DNA of 64,000 nt from Mobula hypostoma (taxonomy: Eukaryota). The position numbers and the translations under genes are program-made. Numbering within the stretch: the stretch's first letter is position 1; every line of letters begins with the position of its first letter. The notes under the pieces were generated by a model. The model had not been told where the DNA came from. It was given only the letters and a program-made list of their open reading frames with translations, and searched no databases. The DNA is taken from the NCBI RefSeq assembly GCF_963921235.1, contig NC_086097.1, forward strand, positions 219,606,001 through 219,670,000. Reading direction: 5' to 3'. Of this stretch, positions 11,498 to 22,904 are shown one piece after another.

Positions 11498-12791
11498 TGG
11501 GAAGGGTGAGGAGCTTTAAGTTGCTGGGCTTCATCATCCTTAAGTATCTATCCTGGGCCCAACACATTGCTGCAATCACAAAGAAGGCATGCCAGTGGCT
11601 CTACTACATTGGGAGCTTGAGGAGATTCAGTATGTCACAAAGAGTCTAGCAATTTTTTATAGATTTATGAAGGAGGACCTTCTGGCATCACAGAGCAGTA
11701 TGGAGGCTCCAGTGCACAGGATTGTAGAAATTTGAAGAGGGTCGTAGACTCAACCTGCGCCATCTTGGCCATAACACTTCCTGCCATCAAGTACATCCTC
11801 AAGAGACATCTTCAAATATCTCACCATCCAAGACAAGCCCTCTTCATCTAATTGCCATCGAAGAGGAGGTACAGGAACCTGAAGACCCACGCACAATTAT
11901 TCAGGATCAGTTTCTTCCCCTCCCCAATCACTTTTCTGAATAGTTCATGAACCCATGAACTGAATAGGTTGTTATTCTCTTTTTTGCACTAGTTATTTAT
12001 TATTGTGATGTGTATAATAATTCTGTTTCTCTGCAGTGTGCTGTTTCTGCAAAACAACAAATTTCTTGTTATAAATCAGTAATACTGATTCTGATTCAGA
12101 TTTTATACTTACGTCAAATGTGACACCGAGACAACAAAGAGTTTAGTCTGTTCCAGGCACTTGTCAGAGAAGGAATGGTGCTGATGACAAGGGAGTAAAG
12201 CTTGTGTTGGGGACTAAAGACAATATTCTTGCCAATGTTTAGATGGAGGAAGCTTATGCTGATCAGATAATGTTCGCAAAGCAAGTTGTCTGGCTCTTGA
12301 AGCAGTGACAAGACATTTGCGACATACAAATATAAATGCCTGGATGACAGCACAGCTGGGTGGGTTAACAAGATGACAGATGATACAATGAATGGTAGTG
12401 ATATGGATAGCATAGAAGACTGCCAAAGGCTACAGCAGGATATAGATCAGTTGCAGATTAAGTTGAGAAATGGCAGGTGGAGTTTAACCCAGCCAAATAT
12501 GAAGTTTTGCACTTTGGGCTATCAAATGTAAAGAGACAGTACACTGTTAACAATGTTGTTAAACAGGGGGATCTTGGGGTTCAAGCCTAAAGCTTCCTGA
12601 AAGTGGCTACATAAGCTGATGGGGTGTTAAGGAAGGCATATGACATATTTGCCTTTATTTGGAAGGAATTGTTTGAGAATTGGGTAAGTTATGATGCAGT
12701 TTTATTAACTCTAGTGAGGCCACATCTGGAGTATTGCATTCATTTCTGGTTGCCCTTTATAGAGAGGATATTGAGACTTTTGGGCGGTGGA

Positions 12792-13985
12792 ATGGAGATA
12801 TATCTCTACCAAAGGAGGTGTATTGTGCTCCTTCAATCTGTGGGACTGCAGGTCACCCTTGGGCAAGGTGCAGCACCTACTTAGCCCCCTGATCAGGGTC
12901 GCATGAAGCCATGGGAGCAGGTAGTGGATGGTCATCTGAGCAGCTGCTGCATATCACAAGTCCTAGTTTTTCAACTACTGACACCAGGCAGACAATCTCT
13001 GAAGAGTTTTGATAATGGCTGGGGGTCGCCCACCTTGTAAAGATACAGCCAGGGGAAGGCAATGGCAAATCACTTCTGCAGAAAAATTTGCCAAGGACAA
13101 TCATAGTCATGGGAAAACCATGATCAGATGGAGTACAGTGTCAGGAAGTGTATGGTCATGCACTTTGGTAGGAGAAGTAAAAGGGTAGACTATTTTCTAA
13201 ATGGAGAGAAGATTCAAAAATCTGAGGCAAAAAGGAACTTGGGAGTCATGTGCAGGATTCTCTGAAGGTTAATTTGCAGGTTGAGTCAATGGTGAGGAAG
13301 GCAAATGTAATGTTAGCATTCTTTTCAAGAGGACTAGAATATAAAAGCAAGGGTGTAATGTTGAGGCCTCACGGAGTATAGTGAACAGTTTTGGACCCCT
13401 TTTCTCAGAAATAATGTGCTGAAACTGGAGAGGGCTCAAAGGAGGTTCATAAGAATGGTTCCAGGAATGAACAGCTTGTCATATGAAGGGTGTTTAATAC
13501 CTCTGGGCCTTTATTCACTGGAATTCAGAAGAATGAGGAGTGACCTAATAAAACCTATTGAATGTTGAAAGGCCTCAATAGAGTGGATGTGGACAGGATG
13601 TTTTCTATGGTTTTCTATACAGTCTGCGACCAGGAGATGAAATCTCAGAATAGAGGGGTGCCCTTTTAGAACAGAGGAAAGAAAGAGTTTATTTAGCCAG
13701 AGAGTGGTGAGTCTGTGGAATTTGTTGTCACAGGCAGCTGTGGAGCCAAGTCTTTATGTATATTTAAGGCAGAGGTTGATAGATTCTTGATTGGTCAGGG
13801 CATGAAGGGACACAGGAAGAAGACAGTAAATTGGGGCTGAGAGAGAAATTGGATCAGCATGATGAAATGATGGAGCAGATTTGATGGGCCAACTGGCCTC
13901 ATTCTGCTCCTATATCTTTCAGTTTATTACATACTTATGATCGCCCACGTCATATGACATGGCATATAATGAATGAACCAACAAA
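12792..13985 (+). mobile_element. SINE-like element with RTE/BovB-type motif, split by a CR1
   Basis: ggggaaggcaatggcaaatcact (Bov-A/Sauria-SINE-like motif); body about 12792-13126, tail about 13938-13985 ending aatgaatgaa. Confidence 0.65.
13127..13930 (+). mobile_element. CR1 3' fragment (second family) nested in the SINE
   Basis: ggagtatagtgaacagttttgg...ctgtggaatttgttgtcacag...ctgctcctatatct; atgatc present on both sides. Confidence 0.85.
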
Positions 13986-14428
13986 TGAGGCTTTGGAGAG
14001 GGTACACAGTATGTGTGAAAGGAAGTTGGACATATTTGAGTTTTTTCTTTTGCTGGATTGATGGAGGTTGATGCGAGATCCAATTGAGGTTTATAATATT
14101 ATGAGAAACATGGTATCTTTTTCCCAGATTTGGAATGTCTAGGTCCAGAGGGTGTTAAGTTGAGAAGGGTTAGATTCAAAGGAGATGTGTGGGACAAGTT
14201 TCTTCCACAGAGTGGTGGATTTCTGAAATATAATGCCAGTGGTGGTGGAAGCAAATACAATGAGTGCATTTAAGAGTCAGGGAGGCAGATAAATGTGCAG
14301 TTTATGGAAGGATATGGATATTGTGTAGGCCAAAAGGATTAATTCAGTTGAGCAGTTGATTACTAATTCAATTAGTTCTGTACAACATTCTGGTCTGTAG
14401 GGCCTGTTCCCATGCTACGTTCTATGTT

Positions 14429-15465
14429 CAGAATCAGAATCAGGTTTATTATCACCGGCATGTGATGTAAAATTTGTTAACTTAGCAGCAGCAGTTCAAT
14501 GCAATACATAATCTTGCAGAGAGAGAAAAAAATAATAATAATATAAAATAAAATATAATAAATAAACAAGTAAATCAATTACGTATATTGAATAGATTTT
14601 TTAAAATGTGCAAAAACAGAAATACTTATCCTTTATACTTTATTGTCGCCAAACAATTGATACTAGAACATACGATCATCACAGCAATATTTGATTCTGC
14701 ACTTCCCGCTCCCTGGATTACAAATCGATAGTAAATATTAAAAATTTAAATTATAAATCATAAATAGAAAATAGAAAAATGGAAAGTAAGGTAGTTCAAA
14801 AAAACCAAGAGGCAGGTCCAGAAAAATACTATATTTTTTAAAAAGTGAGGTAGTGTCCAAAGCTTCAATGTCCTTGGAATCAGATGCCAGAGGGGAAGAA
14901 GCTGTTCCTGAATCATTGAGTGTGTGCCTTCAGGCTTCTGTATCTCCTACCTGATGGTAGCAGTGAGAAAAGGGCATGCCCTGGGTGCTGGAGGTCCTTA
15001 ATAATGGACGCTACCTTTCTGAGACACCGCTCCCTAGAGACGCCTTGGGTACTGTGTAGGCTAGTGCCCAAGACGGGCTACATTAATATGCTGGGAGCAG
15101 GTTAGATCCTCAGAGATCTTGACGCCCAGGAACTTGAAGCTGCTCACTCTCTCCACTTCTGATCCCTTTAAGAGGATAGGTATATCTTACCCTTCCTGAA
15201 GTCTACAATCAGCGCTTTCGTCTTACTGAAGTTGAGTGCCAGGTTGTTGCTGCGGCACCACTCCACTAGTTGGCATATCTCACTTCTGTACACCCTCTTG
15301 TCATCACCTGAGATCCTACCAACAATGCTTATATCGTCAGCAAATTTGTAGATGGTACTTGAGCTATGCCAAGCCACACTATCATGTGTATACAGAGAGT
15401 AGAGCAGAGGGCTAAGCACAAACCCCTGAGGCGCGCCAGTGTTGATGGTCAGCAAGGAGGATATG
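14429..15465 (-). mobile_element. Rex1/Babar LINE, 5'-truncated
   Basis: LTINTGAPQGFVLSPLLYSLYTHD...YKFADD...WCRSNNLALNFSKTKALIVDFRK; tail (cagaat)n on the + strand. Confidence 0.9.
14630..14822 (-). mobile_element. 3' UTR-only insertion of the Rex1 family seen at 54740-55700
   Basis: Closely matches the reverse complement of 55498-55700 (…ttgtttggcgacaataaagtataaag); aaatact occurs on both sides. Confidence 0.85.
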
Positions 15466-17930
15466 TCGCGAGGTCATCAACATTCACATGGATATGGCTA
15501 TTGTATTTTTGGAAGCTGCTGAGGAGAAATAAGTGACTCAGCAATAAAAAGAGAAAAGAAAACAAGGATGGATTCTTCAGTGCACTAGATATAATGATGC
15601 AGGCTTGGGGAGAGAAAATATTATGATCAACCATGCCAGTGGCTGCTGGATGGAAGGTGACCATGGTACATTTACTTTGGAAAGGTCATTTAAGGAAGAT
15701 GATGGTAGTTTTAAAGATTTTTTTGCTACATATTGGTATTAATGGAAACCTAATCAGATATTTCAAAAAACAACTTCAGATGAAACTCCCAGTGTAGAAA
15801 GGGTGGTTGGATATTAGAAATAGTTCGAAAGCGGAAAGTGTTTCAAGAATTTTCAGAGGGGTAATGAAGGAGGACGACTCAATACCTGAGCAGAGATTGC
15901 AGCTGATAATTTTAGTTCATGAGGAAGAATGTAGGATCAGTAGTTTAGTGGGAGTAGGGTGGAGAGAGATAGTGGGATTCATACAAAAAAGGAAGAGAAA
16001 GTAGCAAAGGAGTTCAACTGTTAACCGTGGGAACCCTTGAAGGCAGTGTGACGCATTGGGCTATATAATGAAAGGAAGAGACAAGACAACTTAATAGACA
16101 GCCTCAATCTTAATGAGAAAGAATTCTCTTTAATTGATTGGGGAAGTTCAGATGATATCACTGACTGAAGTCTTTGCTTTCTCCCTGTGACTCATCTTGT
16201 GCCTCAGGAACTCATACGACTGTAGCAAGATCCTACTGTACCAGTCACCAGGCTTGACTATAGGGGTTCAAGTCCAACACAGGGATTGACCTAAAGCCAA
16301 AAATCCTCTGCAGCAGGAAACAAGATGCAGAGCCCTGCCAGCAAAACACCGCCCCAGAATTGCAAGCTCTGGACCCTGCAAATTATTCCACTTGTTCTCA
16401 GCTGCAGTGTTGATGATCTGGTTTAGCCTGTCCATTTTTCAAAGTCTTTGAAGTCAGACCTTTCTAAGTCAAATTGTGTGCAACAATTTACACTTCAATC
16501 TACTACAGCAAAACCACAGCTCCCAAGAATGTTGGTGGTGAGCTGCCAGGACCAACACTGAGGCAGCGCCTCAAATGCGAGACATTGGGAAGGTTTATCA
16601 TTCTGCAGTCAAACTGGGAGCCAGTTTAGTGAATGAGGGAATTGGAGCACTTCTCAGAGGGGTTTGTGCTGGGGCTGCTTTTGTTTGGCGGAATGTTTGT
16701 GGAACTAGGGGTGGAGCATTGCTGCTACGCTTTCCTCTACACATGCCTGAAATTTTCCAGAATGACTGTGGCACAAACAAGGCAAATAACTAGCACGACG
16801 TTGGGCTCTGCTACACAAACTTTACTCTCAGCGCTATAGAATAGGATTATACTTTCCTGAGGTTAAATAAATACCACTTGGACCTGAGGCTAGGTCCATC
16901 AGTTTAGAGAACCAGAAAGGACCTGAGCGAGGCCTGAGGAGGCTTGGTGCCAGGGTTGGGGCCTCTAGCGTTCAGGTGAAAGTTGGGAAATTTCATTCAA
17001 AATTGCTTCATTAACCAATTGTCCCTGCTTCCTAAAAGTTGTATTGGGAGAGGATGTGAAACACAGATCCTGCGTAATATGTTATAGTCTAGCACACCAA
17101 GCTGATAACTTGCTTCTGCTTTGTTTTCAATGGGCAATCCTAAACTTTTAAAAAGAGGAACACAGCTTTGGCAACAGATGGATGAACTTAACCAGTAAAC
17201 AGTTCAGTGTGTTTAAAATCAGTTTTTTCAAGAAATCTAACAGATCATAGTCACTCAGATTAAGACATCTTGGCCAGGATAAGCATTGAAATTATAACAG
17301 CCAATGGCATTTTGGGCACATAACTATATTAGATTCAGTCATTACTGGCCAAATGTTTGTGAGCTCACAATCAAGGCTGTGGGAAAATACAATATCTGTT
17401 TTTCAGGAAAATGCTCTGCCTCGGGTGCTTCCCTGCTAATCTTCCAAATGAAAAAAACAATCTAATGAAGAATAACTGCCAAAGTATTTGAGTTTTGTAG
17501 AGCTGCCTTTGTAATAGCTCAGTATTATTCTCTATCAACCAGAAATGTTAAGCACTCTCTCCTACTTATCAGTAAGTCATCTTATCCCCAAAGTTTATTT
17601 AAATAAATGGACAGACTTATATTTTACTTATTAAATGAAAGGGGAAATTCCTGGTTATGACTGCTAGGCATAAATCTGATTGGGGAAGTTCAGATGATAC
17701 CTCAAACCACAAGAATGACGTTAAAGCAGCAGTTTTTACGATCTAGCAGTTGAATAACCAAAGCATAGATGACTACAGACAAAGTGCTGGTAAATGGGAT
17801 TTGTTTAGATAGAAACCATAGCGTCATACATATGGAAGCAGACACTCCCGCTCCATGCCAACCTAGCTGCCACGCTGTCCAGTCCCATTTCCCAGTATCT
17901 GATCACTATCCTTCTAAACTGTCCTTATCT

Positions 17931-19625
17931 AGAGCAACACATATGTAGCCCCCTGGCCACCCTCAGGGTCACTCGGCTCGCTGTCGTCCAGGGAAACAGC
18001 CCTCGGCCCGCCAAACTGGGTAATTAGTTTGTGTGGATGCTATGTGATGTACCCCACCCTGCCCAAATAACAGACAATACACCAGATATGATTAAATGAT
18101 TTACAGTTTATAGATATTACTGGAACTATATAAATAAAATATAAATATATGAATAAAATATAAAAGGAAAATAAAAGGCGCCACACTTATCAAAGTTCAA
18201 TCTCTTCGCGCACAAACAGTTGGAGCTCAGGACTCTTCTTCTTCACCCTGCGACCCCTCGGACCACCTCGACCGGCCGCCTGGGACCAACAACGGTGGTT
18301 GACCTGACGCTCCACACGAGTCCGTCTCTGTCTCCTCTCCTCGCCGAACGCCTTCCTCGGGGTCCGACCCCCGTTAGCGAACTCACAGCACCTGGTCCAT
18401 CCTCTGTCTCTCTCTCTCCCGCCTTCTGCCCCAAAACCCCGCGCATACAATATCTTACAGATACGCCAAAATCATAACAACTATCCCAGTTGGTTCATAA
18501 CATCTGCTTGTCAGTAACGTGATTCAACAAACTGCTAGCGGGAGGACTTTCTCAGCATTTAACATAACAAAGAAGCATTCCCAAGTATAATATAGCAAAG
18601 AAGCCATTTCAATTAGCCTACGCAGTAACATAAGAGACAAAACCCCCTTACACATACAAAATGCTGGAGGAACTCAGCAGGTCAGGCAGCATGTGAGAAA
18701 ATGAATAAACAGTCGACGACTCAGGCCAAGGCCCTTCTTCAGGACTGGAAAGGAAGGGGAAGACACAAGAATAAAAAGGTGGGTGGCAGGCAGGAGAACT
18801 AGCTAGAGGGTGATAGGTGAAGCCAGGTGGGTGGAAAAAGTAAAGGGCTGGAGAAGAAGGAATCTGATAGGAGAGGAGAGTGAACCATAGGAAAAAGGGA
18901 AGAAGAAGAGGCACCGGGGGAGGCGATAGGCAGGAGAAGAGAAGAGGGAAGAGGCCAAAGTGGGAATAGAAGAAGATGGAAGAAGGAGAGAAAAAATTAC
19001 TTGGAGAAATTGCTGTTCATGCCACTTAAATGGAATATGAGGTGGTTCTCCTCCACCCTGAGAGTGGTCTCATCTTGGCAAAAGAGGAGGCCATGGACTG
19101 ACATGTTGGAATGGGAATGGGGACAGGAATTAAAATGTTGGGCCTCTGGGAAGTTCCACTTTTGGTAGCTGGGGCAGATATGCCTGACAGAACAGTCCCC
19201 TAACTTGCGTCGAGTCCCATCAATGTAGAGGAGGCACTAGATACCATAGACAACCCCAACAAATTTGCAGATGACGTGGTGCCTGGGGCCCTGAATGCAG
19301 GTGAGGGAGAAGGTGAGTGGGTAGGTATAGCATTTCTGTCACTTTCAGGGGAAATGTGCAAGGTGGGAGATTAGCGGGGAGGGATGAATGGACAAGGGAA
19401 ACACGGAGGGAGTGATCCTGCAGAAAGCAGAGAATGGACAATGAGGTAATGATGCATTTGGTGGCAGAATGCTATGAAGATGGTGGAAGTTGCAGAGAAT
19501 GATGTGAAGGCTCATGGGGTGGTAGGTGAGGACATGAGGAATTCTATCCCTGTTAAGGCTACAGGAATATGGTTTGACTGTGGGAAGTGGAGGAGATCCA
19601 AGCGAGGGCAACATCAACGGTGGAA
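17931..19625 (-). mobile_element. Penelope-like element 3' part (degraded GIY-YIG region, pyrimidine-rich UTR, mutated hammerhead), split by an LTR
   Basis: NRDRIPHVLTYHPMSLHI; homology to 33857-34491; core CTGAAGA at 18742-18736 with GAAA mutated to GAGT. Confidence 0.85.
17944..18652. mobile_element. Solo LTR (Gypsy-like), 709 bp
   Basis: Termini TGTA...TACA; 4-bp TSD CATA at 17940-17943 and 18653-18656; CpG-rich. Confidence 0.8.
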
Positions 19626-20190
19626 TTTCTTACCTTTGTACCTGTCCAACTCTCTTTTAAAGGAATTGATGGCAGGCATTGACACAGTGGGCTGAAGACG
19701 TGTTCTAAATGACTCTATGACTTTAGATTAGGAATGGTGCTGAAAAACGTACACATGGGGGTGAAGAGTGAAGGTCTCAAGCTTGACCTTGATGTATCTT
19801 ACAGTAGATTAGCATAATCACCCAATGTTTACCAAACTTTACCAACATGGATAAAGACTATTTGGATTAGCTACCACAGGATTAGTGGAGAAGTATCCCA
19901 GAATTACTGAGGACTGTCAAGAAATGAAAATAAAGTATAATCATCTAATAATAGCTTTAATTAAATATGTAAGCAATATTTACCACATTTAAACATTTGC
20001 CTGCTTGTTTTGTATTTAATTGATTTGTTTAATTGAGTGATTTGTTTAATATCTCCTCACATTCTTAACTGATTTCTTTGACCTATATTGATCTGTTATA
20101 GTTAACTGAAGGTCATCTAGGGATATTAAAAATTAATATTGCTCAAAGTCTGCCCTGTGTAGCTATGCCTAAAGGCTGCTTAGAACTGCT

Positions 20191-20192
<2 letters not shown>

Positions 20193-20242
<50 letters not shown>

Positions 20243-20249
20243 CGCGCGC
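20193..20249. repeat. (TG)21(CG)7 compound microsatellite
   Basis: Read directly from the sequence. Confidence 0.98.
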
Positions 20250-21600
20250 TTATGCTCGGTTTTCAGTGATACAAGATGCAAGGCAGGCTGTTATCTGATG
20301 GAGCTTCAGTCAATAGGCAAGTCTACATAGAAAACAGTAAACCTTTTCACTGTCTCTCGCTCTCTCCCTGTTTCTGTGTAATACAGTGAATTAGGGTGAA
20401 CAAAGAATGTTCTCTTTACCAGGTGCCGAGAGATGCTGAACTGATAAGAAAAGCCTTTTATCAAACTTTTAGAAACAGGGCACATGTTAAGAGCTCGAAA
20501 TTCTTTAATTCCCATCTGCATTAATTCATACATTTTGAACGTTTTTGTGATAATTGTGATTTGAACTTAGTGCGATAAAATATTGAGTGGACAGTTTTCG
20601 TTTTCTCTACAGTCTGCTTCCTTTCTCTGCAATGCTTATTACAGGCGGTCCACATCTCCTCCGCCCCCCACCCCCCTTGGCAGCTAAAACCAAAAAGGGT
20701 CATTCTTCAATAGGTCGCCTGATAACATTGTGGCAACTTCAAGAAGTGTGCTCGATTAAAGCAGCGCAAGCCGCAGTGTTGACTGGCCCCCACCTGAAAA
20801 GGTGGGGGAGGGGAGAAACCAGTCCAGTGGATCAAGCAAGGAAAATTGAAACTAAGCCTGGCACTTTGTAATTGAGTAAAAGTCCCCTTAACCGGGGAGT
20901 AAGCACAGGGCATATTAACTTCTCTTCCTGTCGCCTCCTCGTTACTGAATATACACGACATGCAGAGTTTGTTGATTGATTCAGTTACAAAGTTTAGATT
21001 CCTGAAGTGAGGCAGAAGACAGCCGTGTGGACAGAGGACAATAAGGGCTAATTAAAGGCCTTCCGAAAAAGTACGTCTGAATTCAGGGAGCATGAAATAA
21101 TAGTGGAAGAAGGGATGTTTTTTTTAAACTCTGCATCATGCATATGCAAGCATATCCTGAGTAAGAAGGTCTGGCTGTGCGTCAGATGAGCAGTACAAAA
21201 GATCGAGGCTTACAGAAACAGCTGTATTTCAATGCTAGTTGAACAATCGCAGGAGCCGCGGCACAGCCATGTTTTGGCTGGATCTGAAGTATTCCTTCCA
21301 AAAACAAAGTTTATTGTGTGGGATATAGTCTACAGCTGTTGAAAGGTAGGAAGAGTTACTCTATTCTGTGGGTTGTTTTCTGTTATGCTGGGACGGTAGC
21401 GTGAATGAAAGCGGAGGGTTCCGAAGGTTGGTGCAGCCAGAGAGAATCCTGTCAGCTCATCTCTGCGGCCGGGAACCTTGATGGGACTGTTAACAAATGT
21501 CATGAAATGATTCATTTATTTTCAATTCGTTCTTCGTTCAGCTTCGTGGATCCTGTTGCTCTTATTGTGGAGCTAGGTTAGAGTTACTGACTTTCTCATG
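20250..21600. promoter_or_regulatory. Candidate promoter/enhancer, free of recognisable transposons and rich in GATA and GC/CACCC boxes
   Basis: WGATAA on either strand at 20291, 20442, 20458, 20548 and 20720; CCGCCCCCCACCCCCC at 20661-20676; CpGs retained. Confidence 0.4.
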
Positions 21601-22904
21601 TAGTACTATTCCTGTAATCTGCTTTTTTTGATATATGGTTTTCCAATTACTACTTGATAGTTCATTTTTTTCAGGTTACATTCTAATGCATATATAGTGC
21701 AATTGGCAGTAAAATTTATTTTAAGATACTATTTATTTATCAGGATTAAAACAAACTTTTACATTTACGTAATTAGTAAAAGCCGAACGATTATCAGCAA
21801 TGAAGTTATACGTTATTGAGAGAAATACTTCTTTGTATTAGTTTGAAGCTGAGCAATCTGAGCTCATGATACAGTAACACAACTAATGACGGGATCAGGG
21901 CAAACTGCCTGAAATAGATTTTGTTTGTTCAGTTGCTGAGACTTCTTGAAAATTTACTCCAGGCCTCCAGATTGCTCTCTAATGTTGCTAATTTCAGCCT
22001 GTGGAACAATTTAGTCAATCTGGGATTTACCAATTATTGAGTTAAATAAAATAGTCAACTGCCAGAAGTCTAGAATAAAAGGTAAATTTGCCTCAAACAG
22101 AAATAATTCTAATAAAAATAGCCCATTTTAAACATATTACGGTGCTGAATTATTAAAAGGAAAAATGACACCAGTGCAAGGATTTGTTAGTTCAAGAGAT
22201 GATAAATTTAGTCAAAGAAATGGGTTTTTGGGAAGTTCATTGAGGGAGTGGGATAAGATGACCACAGCCTACAAGTCATGACCAGTAGCAGTGAGCAAAG
22301 TGATAATGGACGAATACAAGGCCAGCAATGAGGAGATGCAGAGGTATCGAGAACTTTTCACAGGAAATCATTTTAACACTTTCCTCTTTGAGCTTTGCCT
22401 ACCAGACTTCAGTGAGCAGAAAGTCTGGTTAGTAACTGGCATGTGAAACCCATCATTCAGATATACAGGAATTCATAAGGCCTGTGTGTCAGCCATTCAT
22501 GAAAAATTTGGATGTGCACAAGACAGGAAGGAAATTAAAATTATGCCACAAGCCTATCAAGTGGAGTTTGAGCCCATAACATTTTTAACCATGTGTGAAT
22601 TCAGGAGAATCATCCCATCTTTCCTTATTACTTTTGCTGTCATTGCCTTGTGATGGGCACATCAGAAAACATGTACAAAGTTGTAGTAGCACACCACACA
22701 AATACACATCCTGCTTAGGTTAGGGCAAAGTTCCATTCCTGAGAACTGTTTGTAACCCAGACAGTTCTCAAGATGGAAATGCGGACCAGCGATATATTTA
22801 AACTAAAACAGGCCTGCATAACCAAGGCATTTAACTCAACCACTTAAATTTCTCTGCCAGATGTAATGATATTGCTGCCTGCTGAATTGTCACATGGCAG
22901 ATGA

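Larger units (their letters stand above)
10180..12100 (+). mobile_element. Rex1/Babar 3' fragment interrupted by a solo LTR
   Basis: cagcaagacgaaggaattgattttggacttc before the LTR; GRVRSFKLLG...KKACQWLYYIGSLRRF after it; tail ctgattctgattc. Confidence 0.85.
12335..14428 (+). mobile_element. CR1 3' portion, host of two nested insertions
   Basis: LVRPHLEYCIHFWLP up to about 12790, resumes at gaggctttggagaggg near 13987, ends ttctatgttc. Confidence 0.85.
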
